Assembly (NCBI RefSeq): GCF_001194135.2
Contig: NC_068984.1
Location: 28,623,821-28,687,820 of the forward strand
DNA length: 64,000 nt
Reading direction: 5' to 3'
Source: Octopus bimaculoides
Lineage: Eukaryota
In this document: positions 1 to 11,413 of the stretch, piece after piece
Position numbering within the stretch: position 1 is the stretch's first letter
How the letters are laid out: every line of letters begins with the position of its first letter
Notes under the pieces: generated by a model
What the model was told of the DNA's origin: nothing
The model's database searches: none
The model's input: only the letters and a program-made list of their open reading frames with translations
Position numbers and translations under genes: made by a program

Positions 1-2764
1 CGTAACAAAAAACAGGAAGAGAAAATAATCCCATTGAACAATATTACAGAATTAGTCAAAGACGCATGGACACGTGTGTGTGTGTGTGTGTGTGTGTATT
101 TATGTGGGTATGGGGGGGAGTTCAAATAGGTGTATGGGTGTGCATGCATTTCTATATAGAATCAATGGTGAATGGAAGAGAATGGAGAAAATATTAGATT
201 TCAGTAAAGAGAAGTTTAAAGGGAGACAATGGGTTGGAGTCAGTAGTTATTTAGTAAAGGGAAATATATTTAATGTGGATATAGAACTACAGAAACAGGC
301 TTAATGTGTATGGTGTACACATGCATGTGCACATAGGGCTGTGTGTAAGGTAGTGTACATATGTATGTATGTGTGTGTGTAAGGCAGTGTACATATGTAT
401 GTGGGTAATGCAATGTATATTCATAAATGTTGTCTGTATATGCGTTTGTAGGTTTCCTTGAATGTATGTTCTGCAAGTGCACTGCAGTGAATGTGTGCAT
501 CTTGTGTATGCTGTATTTGTTCAAATAGGTGTGTATGTGTGCATAGGTGTAAATACATGTAGTGTGTTGCTGTGTAATATAGTGGATAGAAATGAGGTGG
601 TGTGTATATGTAGGAAACAGAAATGTAATAGTGTGTATTTATTGCTGCTATAAGTTGAACATCTTGGCATGTGTATCTGAGTTGTGTAGAAGTATGAATA
701 TAGATGGATGTAGCAAGAGGAAATCAAAGTGGTTGTTAAGCCCATGTGAGTGAATTGTTTGAAAGTGAAAAATAAGCTGTTAATGTTGTAAGCATGATAT
801 AGGAAAACCATGGTTGTAGAGGAATACGAATGACAGAGAAGTACCAAGAAGTATAGTTAATGTGTGGAAGTGACAATCTACAAATGTTCCACCTTGAAGG
901 TGGACCAATCAATTTGTCTCCTTGAGCACCCACACCTACATGCAGCAGGCCTCAACTAGCTTTGTAACAAAAGGTTTAATACAAAATAAACAGTCAGCTT
1001 CAGAACAAGAGATGGTTGCACAGGAGAATTGATCTGTTATGTGGCAGAAGACATTATGTCTTCTTTGGATGGTAGTATTTAGCATGAATGAATAAATATG
1101 GATGTAGAAATAAGAATAGACAAAAAATTCAGGCTGAAAGTGTGGAAAACAGAAGGAATTGCAGACCAGTAAACTGAGATGAAGCATTCAGGTCAGAGAT
1201 AAAAAGTAATGGGAGTCTAAATAGATGAGTTGGAGGTGCAGCAAGATGTTGAACTTGAAAGGTAATACCAGCAGGAAAGAGAAATGAAATGATTGGTGGT
1301 GGGGCAGACACGCGGTAAAAAAGTCAGGTGTAACTGATAAAATATTGCAAACATAGACTTAGATATAATCTTCAAGAGTACTCATGTGATGTGAATCAAC
1401 AGACCATGCATCAAGACAAGGCATCAAAATCAGAATTGTGGCTAATGGCTAAAGACGTGGAGGAATTGGTAAGGAATGGTAAATTTGGTGTGGTGCATTA
1501 TTCCTGAAAAAATGGCTGGATGGTTATTATGACTNNNNNNNNNNNNNNNNNNNNNNNNNNNNNNNNNNNNNNNNNNNNNNNNNNNNNNNNNNNNNNNNAA
1601 TTTGGTGTGGTGCATTATTCCTGAAAAAATGGCTGGATGGTTATTATGACTTGAATGCCTTTGATGAGACTAATCAATTAGGGCCAATTTAAGAAAACGT
1701 GTAAGCACTGCATGGAGAATTAAGTAAATTAATTATTAGCAAGTTATATGAAATAATATTGCAAATACAAATGATCACAAAATAGGAAGAAATATGTAAA
1801 TGATTTTCTTTCTGACTGATAGGTCAGAAAATGAAGTTTATCTTGTAAGTCTGTTTTAAATCATTTTTGAAATTGATTGATTCTATTCTGACGATTTAAT
1901 AAGTCTTTTATTGTTGGCATACAATAAATGTCGGAATACATTAGACAGTAAAATTCGGAACCCAAAGAAATTATTGAAATGATTATAACTATGAAAAACA
2001 TTTTGTTTGATTATTACGAAATAATATTTACCCTAAAAGAAAAAACATCTCAATGTATAATCTGTTATAAAGCTAATTTTAGTGACTATTAGATTATTTT
2101 GTGAAGCATTATCTTCAGGATGATCCTAGAATTCAATGACCATGGTTTATATTCATATTTATGTAATGTTCATATCTCTATATAAGAAGTTGTTTCTTCA
2201 TTAAAGAATTATTCCAAAGTCTTTAACCTCTTCCAATAACAAATAAAAGGTAGATTACAGGACTGAATTCCTTAGAAATGAATGAACAGTTGACTTATAG
2301 ACTTACTGTGCCTATATTTAACCTTATATAATAGTGAAACTAAAGAATGAAATACAGGAAGAAGGTGAAATTGAGATCAGAGTATGAAGGATATGATCAG
2401 CAAATTGTTGACTAGCAGATAAATTATAGATGATATTTATTGGGGGTAGGGAATAAGAGCAGGTCAAATCACCTGCAGATGCAATAAATATAATTTTACA
2501 AGGTAAATGATTTACAAAGATGAGAATTTAGATATAATAATAGTTTAATAAGGAACACTTATGTAACTGAGATATAACAATACAAAACTGAAGACTCGGT
2601 GTAGTGCATATTGAAGTAATCTTTTAACTATGGTATGTTAAAGGGCACTTCAACTTAATCAAGCTGTAGAGCATCTTGTCTCTATGATCACTTTCATCTA
2701 ACTACCTAGCCATATAACTTGCTCTACATACATGTATACATGCAGGTGTGTGTGCATGCGTGTA

Positions 2765-2980
2765 TTATCGTCATCTTTTAAACATCCATGTTCCTACTGG
2801 CATAGGTTGAACAGTATGGCAAGCTATAATGGGTTCAAGGACTGCATTGTGCTTCACTGTCTACTTTGGTATGATCTCTTTGTCTGGTTGCCATTTCTAA
2901 TACCAACCACCTTACAACATGCACCGAGTGCTTTTTCAAGCAAACAGCACTAGAGAGGTTGCCGTGTAGCTTGCAGGAAT
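2765..2980 (-). mobile_element. Decayed SINE family B copy
   Basis: A catc...aaacatccatgttcctactggcataggttg...taccaaccaccttac pattern homologous to 5896-6200. Confidence 0.5.
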
Positions 2981-3234
2981 ATGAAATCCAAAGTTACCAG
3001 GAGATGAAGGGTCTAATAATGATAGAAGGAGCAAGACTAGAACAAGTTTCTCGCAGTAGAAGAACTACATGTCTTACTAGCATTTTAGAAAGGGGGGATT
3101 CTGACATATAATTCTGAAAGAAAATTAGTTGCAGTACTCGTTTAACAATCAAGGTTTTCCTATCAAGATTATGAGAATAAAAATACCATTATCACTCCAA
3201 GAAAGAAGCCTGTGCAATAATCAGGATCATAATC

Positions 3235-3445
3235 ATTATTCATTTTGCTTTCCATACTGGCAGGGGTTGGACAGATGACATGATCTAGTGAGCTACAGGG
3301 ATGTATTGACCCCCAATGTCAGCATTGGCATAATTTTTATGGTTGGATACCCTTCCTAACGTCAAACCCTTTATAATGTGTACTGGGTACTTTTTTCATG
3401 CATCTGGTACTAGAGAAGTCACCAAGTGATTTGCAAAGCAGAAAA
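3235..3445 (-). mobile_element. Decayed SINE family B copy
   Basis: ttccatactggcaggggttggac...ggatacccttcctaacgtcaaac matches the family B tail. Confidence 0.5.
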
Positions 3446-4618
3446 AGAACGGAAAAAGCACCTACTTGTCTAAGTTAGGGAAGCAACCGAATACATATTA
3501 ACATCTACTTTTTCCATTAATTTTTAAATAACTTGTTCACATTAATACATGCAGCAATTATCTACAAAATACACACTAATTATATTTTAGATATTGATAT
3601 GAGTTTCAGTTCTAAAATGAAACATGTTTGTATATTCACAATGAAGAATCTTTCATTTCTACACTTATACTTTTGAGAATAAACAATATCTGTTGTGTGT
3701 TTTACTCCAGGTATTGCATTGTGTGGCTCTTCAAGATTCATTGTGTCAAGTAAAACATAAATTATCTCCTTGAATGTAACAGCTTAGAGATAAGCTTTCT
3801 ACCAATGAATTATTACCATTTATCCACTCAATTCTGCAAAATAACTAGAAATGTCTCAAAGAGTTAAAATGATTAAAAAGGTGATTATTCAATCCATCTT
3901 ACATACACATTCATCTGGTAGTTAAGCAAAAAAAAAAAAATTTTTATGTGAAAAGTTACTATTTGGTATATCTCAGAGGCAAGTCCCATTAATCTAACAT
4001 GTCTTAGCCTCCAAGTCTTTCAGTAGAGTCAGTGTTGTGATTTATAATCACAGTGGTTGATGCATTTCAGTAGATTCAAATAGCAAAAGTAAACATATTA
4101 AAGCTACTGAGTAAATTTATGATATTAACAGAGATACAATTATTTTTTGAACACTGTGAATTTAGAGTGAAGATTTTTGCCAACATAACATGGCAGTCCT
4201 GGTTTAGGACGAATGTTGCTGTAATTTAGCCCCAGGAGACATTGTCTCCAGCTGGCTATATGACACGATCTGTGTCCTTATGTTTTCGAACAAGGGAATC
4301 TAGCACCCCAACTCAGCTCAAAATAATATCTGTGTATTGCGATTTCTGGGTTATTTCCTTTCATCAGTACAGAATAAGTGTTCAGCTAGAGGTGGCACTG
4401 TCAAATTCCCATTCAAGATATATAGTTTTCCAAGTGACAACTAGTCACTGATCTATAAATTAAACTGTGACTTTAGTGAAAAGGAGGTAATTTTGAAGTA
4501 AAAGACTTGAAGCATTATAGCATTAAAATAGTGATTTGTGTACCACTGAAAGGAATGATGTGGTGTTAAAGATACAATTTATATCAAAGTGAGGCAGATA
4601 TCATCTCAGCAAATGGCT

Positions 4619-4666
4619 CATGAAAACAGATGTGTTTCAGCCTTGTTGGGTTTCATCAATGACATG
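4619..4666 (-). ncRNA. Degenerate minimal hammerhead-ribozyme-like motif (Penelope-like element relic?)
   Basis: The minus strand reads catgtca-TTGATGA-aacc-caacaa-ggct-GAAA-ca-catc-tg-TT-ttcatg. This is a CUGAUGA/GAAA core layout with a C3>U change, one mismatch in stem II and an imperfect stem I. Confidence 0.35.
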
Positions 4667-5895
4667 TACCTTGTTGTTGTTGAACCTAGTTGAAATGTGT
4701 CCTCTTTAATATTCAATGAACTGAACATTCACTGATATTGTAGAAAGCTTGTCAGGCTGAATAAAACTGGTGCATATACACCATTAAAATATATGATGTG
4801 GATTTTGTCTGAAATAAAAATCTGTTGATAGACATGTTGAAAGCATAATATATATTGAAGTGAGTTGAACATTGTCCCAAAAGTGATTCACAAGAATGTC
4901 ACATGTGTTTTGGCCTTCTTGAGCATTGTAAATAATGTAAACTTATTTGTGCACCAAGTTTTGTTCAGCCAAGCCAGTGAGTCATTGACAAAGCCAAAAA
5001 AGGTCACAAAATGTCAAACATTCTTGTGAGTTACTGCTGGGACAATGTTCACCTTGCTCCAATATATACTGTGTTTTTAACACGTGTACAAAGAGATTTT
5101 TCTCTTGGACAAAACCACAGTGTCATTTTAATGGTGAATATACATTAGGTACGGTACACAGATGACAGTTTTAATTTAATACAGTTTCAGTTGTGTACAC
5201 TGAGCATATCATTATACTAACAGTTAACTATCAACTTAGACAACATACAATTTCTTGCTGTATCATATAAGAGTAACGAAAGCTATTTTCCTCTCTGGTA
5301 GTTTTGCATTGGGGGAAATTGTAGCATCAAATCATTGCTATGACAAACGACCACTAAAGAGTTCAATGATTTGCCTACATAACTGTTTGAAAGTCATAAG
5401 CATTCTATGTTGTAAACAAAATGTCTTGGTCTGAAAGTTTAGTACACATTCTGCTTTAAAATAGCATCAGGATATCAATTCTACAAACAGAAAATAACTA
5501 AAATATATATTCCAAGTAAGAATTCAACCTTTCTCTCACACTTCCACCAGTAAAGGATCATACATAGATATTGTTTTCTTTCCTAACAAAAAAATAGTGT
5601 CTAATAATAATAAGTTGAAATTCTGTCTTTATCAAACACATTTTGAATCAGATCATATAATTTATTTACAGATTTTCTTTTCTAAATCATATCAATAAGT
5701 TAAATTATCAGACCAAATTAAACCAATGATTCTGCTATATCTTGTTTATAGCTGAAATTCTCAGTATATGTCAAAATGTTTATGAATATGTTTGATAATA
5801 TAAATCATAAAAAATACAGTTTTTCATTCAATCATTGTAAAATTTAACTCACAAATCTTCCAATTAATAAATCCTCAATAACATAACAACAGGCA

Positions 5896-6200
5896 CATCA
5901 TCATCATCATCGTCATCGTTTAATGTCCGCTTTCCATGCTAGCATGGGTTGGACGATTTGACTGAGGACTGGTGAAACCGGATGGCAACACCAGGCTCCA
6001 ATCTAATTTGGCAGAGTTTCTACAGCTGGATGCCCTTCCTAATGCCAACCACTCAGAGAGTGTAGTGGGTGCTTTTACGTGTCACCCGCACGAAGGCAAG
6101 TCAGGCGGTACTGGCAACGGCCACGCTCAAAATGGTGTCTTTTATGTGCCACCCGCACAAGAGCCAGTCCAGGGGCACTGGCAACGATCTCACTTGGCAC
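5896..6200 (-). mobile_element. SINE (family B) with RTE-like 3' tail ending in (GAT)n; relatively young copy
   Basis: The plus strand begins (cat)n cgtttaatgtccgctttccatgctagcatgggttggacgatttgactgagg, the same string seen at 8847. A possible 7-bp TSD, ggcacat, lies at 5892 and 6196. Confidence 0.75.
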
Positions 6201-6723
6201 ATATATTATAACTTTTAATAATGCTGAATTTTATGGTTATCTGTGTTCATTGACAGTTTTTGGTGTCATCAGTGGTAACATCAATAAAAACATAGTCATC
6301 ATCATCATTTCCTGTGTTTTTCAATGCTAGCACTGGCTGGTGGGTCTCAAGGAACCATGTCACTTGTCACTGTTTACTTATCTGATACACAGAGCAACAA
6401 AGAAAACCAGCCTAGTTTGTTGTGACAACCACTTACATTTGATCCAGCCACAAGCATCAGAGAAGCTATCTATGAAAAGATTAAGAGTTCACTCTACCCT
6501 ACATCAATTCTTATTCTGAGTTACTGCCCTCCTAGACGAGTAGCCTATAATGTGGATCACTAAGTCCTGTCTATGACTGGATGCCTATCCTATCACTAAC
6601 CAACTAACAGTAAGTATAGGGTGCATTTTATTATGCCACTAGTACTAGATGGGCTGTATTATGCAAGATTAGAGAATCTTCTCAATCCTTTATCTGTTCT
6701 TATACAATATTACCAACTTCCAA

Positions 6724-6935
6724 GGCAGCAAACTGGCAGAAAAGTTAGAACACCGGGCAAAATGCTTAACGGTATTTCGTCTGTTTTTACATTCTGTGTT
6801 CAAATTCCACTGAGGTCGACTTTGCTTTCCATCTTTTTGGGGTTGATAAATTAAGTACCAGTTGCATACTAGAGTCGATCTAATTGACTGGCCCCTTCCC
6901 CCAAAATTTCAGGCTTTGTGTCTAGAGTAGAAAAG
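6724..6935 (+). mobile_element. SINE family A (Pol III A/B-box-like head) with a perfect 18-bp target-site duplication
   Basis: Head ggcagcaaactggcagaaaagttag, B-box-like gttcaaattcc and central gataaattaagtaccag, shared with the 21216, 23881, 24286, 36733 and 61240 copies. TSD aatattaccaacttccaa at 6706-6723 and 6936-6953. Confidence 0.85.
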
Positions 6936-7658
6936 AATATTACCAACTTCCAAAACAGGTAGCTCACAATGTGGCTTGTGGAAACCATATTCCATTCATA
7001 TGGTTTATTTCTATTTGAAAAAATGTGTGAACACTTTTTCACTGAACAGTACTGAATACTATATTATGGTTTTATGATTTCCTTCTTACCTGAATATGCT
7101 AGAACATATGCTATTATATGTCAAACAGAGCAACAAAGTCACAAGTCTCCTCCACATAACTGGAACCCTTGACAATTTTGTAAAATGTAAATCAGCTGTA
7201 ACTTCTAGAATAAATGTAAGGATGCAGAGATGCAGAGTTTTAAAATATGAGCCAAAATGGCTATTACTGTGTAGTTGACAAGTATATTAATAACTCAATA
7301 AAAACTCCTATTATTTGGAATAGGCAATTTTTAAAACACACCTGAAACTATTGCCACCATCACCACAAGTACTAATACTATCAAATATTGAGAGCAAGAA
7401 CCCCTGCTGAAGGCAGGAACTTAGTACTTTCTCAGGTAAAACACAGAATAGTTGTCAAAAAGAAACCGTTAAATGAATATTATTCTAAAATGTTGGGTTT
7501 TGTACATAACTGCTATTCTTGTAACATACAATTGAAAAGAAAAGTAAGAACAAACAAATTCAAATGTTTCCCAAAAACTTCAGTGTCTCCAAATGAAAAA
7601 CAAACTATATTATTCAACCGAAGTTGTTAAATGAGAAAAAAAAAAAAAAAAAAAAAAA

Positions 7659-8028
7659 NNNNNNNNNNNNNNNNNNNNNNNNNNNNNNNNNNNNNNNNNN
7701 NNNNNNNNNNNNNNNNNNNNNNNNNNNNNNNNNNNNNNNNNNNNNNNNNNNNNNNNNNNNNNNNNNNNNNNNNNNNNNNNNNNNNNNNNNNNNNNNNNNN
7801 NNNNNNNNNNNNNNNNNNNNNNNNNNNNNNNNNNNNNNNNNNNNNNNNNNNNNNNNNNNNNNNNNNNNNNNNNNNNNNNNNNNNNNNNNNNNNNNNNNNN
7901 NNNNNNNNNNNNNNNNNNNNNNNNNNNNNNNNNNNNNNNNNNNNNNNNNNNNNNNNNNNNNNNNNNNNNNNNNNNNNNNNNNNNNNNNNNNNNNNNNNNN
8001 NNNNNNNNNNNNNNNNNNNNNNNNNNNN
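7659..8028. other. Assembly gap (one of seven)
   Basis: N-runs at 1535-1598, 7659-8028, 9487-10358, 11414-12047, 15433-15532, 48286-48771 and 57303-57600. Three abut poly-A, (CA)n or (TA)n tracts. Confidence 1.
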
Positions 8029-8846
8029 AGTAGAGAAAATATGTGTTATTTGAAACAATACGATTCATTGCTTTAAGCAAGATCTAAATTTGCAGTGAAA
8101 ACAACAAAATTCAGGATTGTTCACTAAAGAACCTCCAGATGTGGCAGTAAAAATAAGAATATAAACAAATGGTTACATGTTTATACATTCACATGGTGAA
8201 TCAGTACAATGGTTTTTTTTATTTTTTATTTTTTTTTTTTAAACCCCACAAAAATAAATAAATAAATACACATGCTGCAAAACAATCTTCTTGACAAAAG
8301 TCCTTCAACGAAAGACAAAATACTCAGTTGCAACTTTCAAGAAAATTACAAACTACATTTGGCATGACCACCACTACCCAACAACACTTATGCCTAATTC
8401 TGAGCAATTTTAGACTATCATTACATCAGTGACAATAGATTAACATGAAGAAAGAAAGACATCTGTCAGTGTATCCTTGTATGTAGACATGTATTCCACT
8501 ACTCATCAATCACAACAATGGTTGTTTATCTTTATTAATAAGTAATACATGATGTCTGCCCAAGAAAACATTAGAAATATATGAATCTTTTTTCTGTTTC
8601 CCTATTATTTATTTCTCCATTCTGTTGGACTGTTATTACAATGTCCTCAAGTTTTCTTTTTCTTTTTTTCATGTAAACTATGTGGTGAATCATGAGAAAT
8701 TTTATTTATAATTCTGATATACACTTGTGCTCTGTGAATATGTCTGCTGGTGCATATAACTCATGTAAGGATATATTTCATCATTATGCTTTGAGAGTTA
8801 AAATTAATAATGAAAAGTGTGAGATAGTTTACATCAAATATATAAA

Positions 8847-9110
8847 TCATCATCATCATCGTTTAATGTCCGCTTTCCATGCTAGCATGAGTTGGACGAT
8901 TTGACTGAGGTGAACCAGGTGACTACACCAGTCTCCAATCTGATTTGGCAGAGTTTCTACAACTGGATGTCCTTCCTAATGTTATTCAGAGTTACTGCAC
9001 TCATAGAGTGGTCAGAGACCATGTTTCACTCTTACAGTCTTTTTTATGGCATAGTTTCTATACTTGGATGCTCTTCTATACCAGTCACTTTACAGACTGT
9101 ATTTGAGTGC
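8847..9110 (-). mobile_element. Two fused SINE family B tail fragments
   Basis: 8847-8985 closely matches 5896-6040. It is followed by a second, older tail fragment (ggcatagtttctatacttggatgctcttc). Confidence 0.6.
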
Positions 9111-9169
9111 ATTTAATCATAGCACTAACAGAATAGGGATTATCTTGTATATGTAAGCATAGAACAATA

Positions 9170-9420
9170 GGTAATCTTCAAGTTTAGGGGGATAAACAAA
9201 ATAAATAAAAATATTCAAGGGAAATAACTGAACGACTTACCAGTATTATCCGTTTTCTTCTAGCGGTTTATAAATAAATCACACCCTAACCCTAATCCTA
9301 ACGTCAATCAAATCACGTGTGTGATTTATTTATAAACAGAGATGTATGGAGAATACTGGTAAGACGTTCAGTTACTTCCCTTGAATATTTTTATTTATCT
9401 CCCTAAACTTGAAGATTACC
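9170..9420. mobile_element. Non-autonomous palindromic DNA transposon (MITE), Merlin-type
   Basis: Long near-perfect TIRs: 9170-9284 vs 9319-9420, with termini GGTAATC...GATTACC. The 8-bp flanks gaacaata (9162-9169) and gaacgata (9421-9428) form a TSD with one mismatch. 5'-GG termini with an 8-bp TSD are hallmarks of Merlin. Confidence 0.7.
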
Positions 9421-10382
9421 GAACGATATATATATATATATATAATTATTCAATATTAACAGTTTTGTATTAGAAAACCAGGAATTNNNNNNNNNNNNNN
9501 NNNNNNNNNNNNNNNNNNNNNNNNNNNNNNNNNNNNNNNNNNNNNNNNNNNNNNNNNNNNNNNNNNNNNNNNNNNNNNNNNNNNNNNNNNNNNNNNNNNN
9601 NNNNNNNNNNNNNNNNNNNNNNNNNNNNNNNNNNNNNNNNNNNNNNNNNNNNNNNNNNNNNNNNNNNNNNNNNNNNNNNNNNNNNNNNNNNNNNNNNNNN
9701 NNNNNNNNNNNNNNNNNNNNNNNNNNNNNNNNNNNNNNNNNNNNNNNNNNNNNNNNNNNNNNNNNNNNNNNNNNNNNNNNNNNNNNNNNNNNNNNNNNNN
9801 NNNNNNNNNNNNNNNNNNNNNNNNNNNNNNNNNNNNNNNNNNNNNNNNNNNNNNNNNNNNNNNNNNNNNNNNNNNNNNNNNNNNNNNNNNNNNNNNNNNN
9901 NNNNNNNNNNNNNNNNNNNNNNNNNNNNNNNNNNNNNNNNNNNNNNNNNNNNNNNNNNNNNNNNNNNNNNNNNNNNNNNNNNNNNNNNNNNNNNNNNNNN
10001 NNNNNNNNNNNNNNNNNNNNNNNNNNNNNNNNNNNNNNNNNNNNNNNNNNNNNNNNNNNNNNNNNNNNNNNNNNNNNNNNNNNNNNNNNNNNNNNNNNNN
10101 NNNNNNNNNNNNNNNNNNNNNNNNNNNNNNNNNNNNNNNNNNNNNNNNNNNNNNNNNNNNNNNNNNNNNNNNNNNNNNNNNNNNNNNNNNNNNNNNNNNN
10201 NNNNNNNNNNNNNNNNNNNNNNNNNNNNNNNNNNNNNNNNNNNNNNNNNNNNNNNNNNNNNNNNNNNNNNNNNNNNNNNNNNNNNNNNNNNNNNNNNNNN
10301 NNNNNNNNNNNNNNNNNNNNNNNNNNNNNNNNNNNNNNNNNNNNNNNNNNNNNNNNNNACAGTTAATAATCATGTTTTTTCT

Positions 10383-11413
10383 TTAGCAATTGTAAGTGGC
10401 CACAACTCCTCTACCGTTACTACACTTGGCAGGGTGTCGTAGCCCACGTATAATCCACTTATTTGAAATTTGTCCGGGTGTATCTGTTGCAGTCTCTGCA
10501 TCACATGTTCTTCCACCAATATCGCTTTCTTTTTTTTCTTCCTCAAACGTTTCAGGGTCCAGTTTAACCCTTACTAAACATTTTATTTTTGCAATTGACT
10601 TATTCAATATTAAATCCTTATCGTAAATAATCAGTTTTGATATTTTTAAAACCAACTCTTCCAATTACCTTTCCTTCCATCCTTGCTCTTGTCTGCTCGT
10701 CTGTTATCTTGTTCGACCATTTCCTCCTCTTTTCCTTTCTTTTCACTTTTTCGTGCTCTGTATCTTGGGTTCGGTTCTCAGCCTCGTCTTTCTCGGTTTC
10801 CATTTCCTTCTCTGTCTTTTTTTCCCTTTTTTTTTTGAGGGTTCTTTGGCGGCGATTCAGTCCGCATACGCTTTCTATCTGTTTCTTGAGAAATTTTCTC
10901 GCACTCCGCAGTTTCCGCCTGTTTTTTCTCCACCACCTCTTGTACGCCTTCCATCATCTCCTCTTCACAGACCTCTATTTCTTCCACTTGTACTTCTCTG
11001 CGGGGACACACCGCCTGCATGTGTCTCCTACTTTTACACTTATAACAGATTGGAGGTCTCCCCTCCACTACAACTCTTAGTCGTGCTCCGTCGGGGAGCT
11101 CCACCTCCTCTGCTATATTGTGCAGATCTGGTAAGGTTATGTGTACGAGCGCATCTATACCAAATCCCCACCAGTTGATCTCTCTCGATTTTTCTATTTT
11201 CAAAACTTCCACTTCATCCTTGCAATTATGAATAACGGCTGTAACCAGCCATTCTGGATCTATTTCGGGAGGTGCCCGTCCAATTCTCACACGTGCAGCT
11301 CTTCTTCCACAATAGGTAGGTAAAAGGGCCCACCTAGCCGTTCTTAAGGGTACAGTGGAGTGCTTTTTCGCCTCTTCCTCACTCGCAAATCTCACTTCCA
11401 CCGTACCGAACTT
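10383..11413 (-). pseudogene. Gag-like ORF1 of a non-LTR retrotransposon (L1/Tx1-like): RRM-like segments plus a CCHC zinc knuckle, frameshifted
   Basis: Translation KFGTVEVRFASEEEAKK...RVRIGRAPPEIDPEWLV...EGRPPI CYKCKSRRHMQAVC (CX2CX4HX4C), then an acidic/basic tail that continues across three frames (ORF track 10778, 10618, 10383). The 5' part is hidden in gap 11414-12047. The clade assignment is tentative. Confidence 0.75.
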
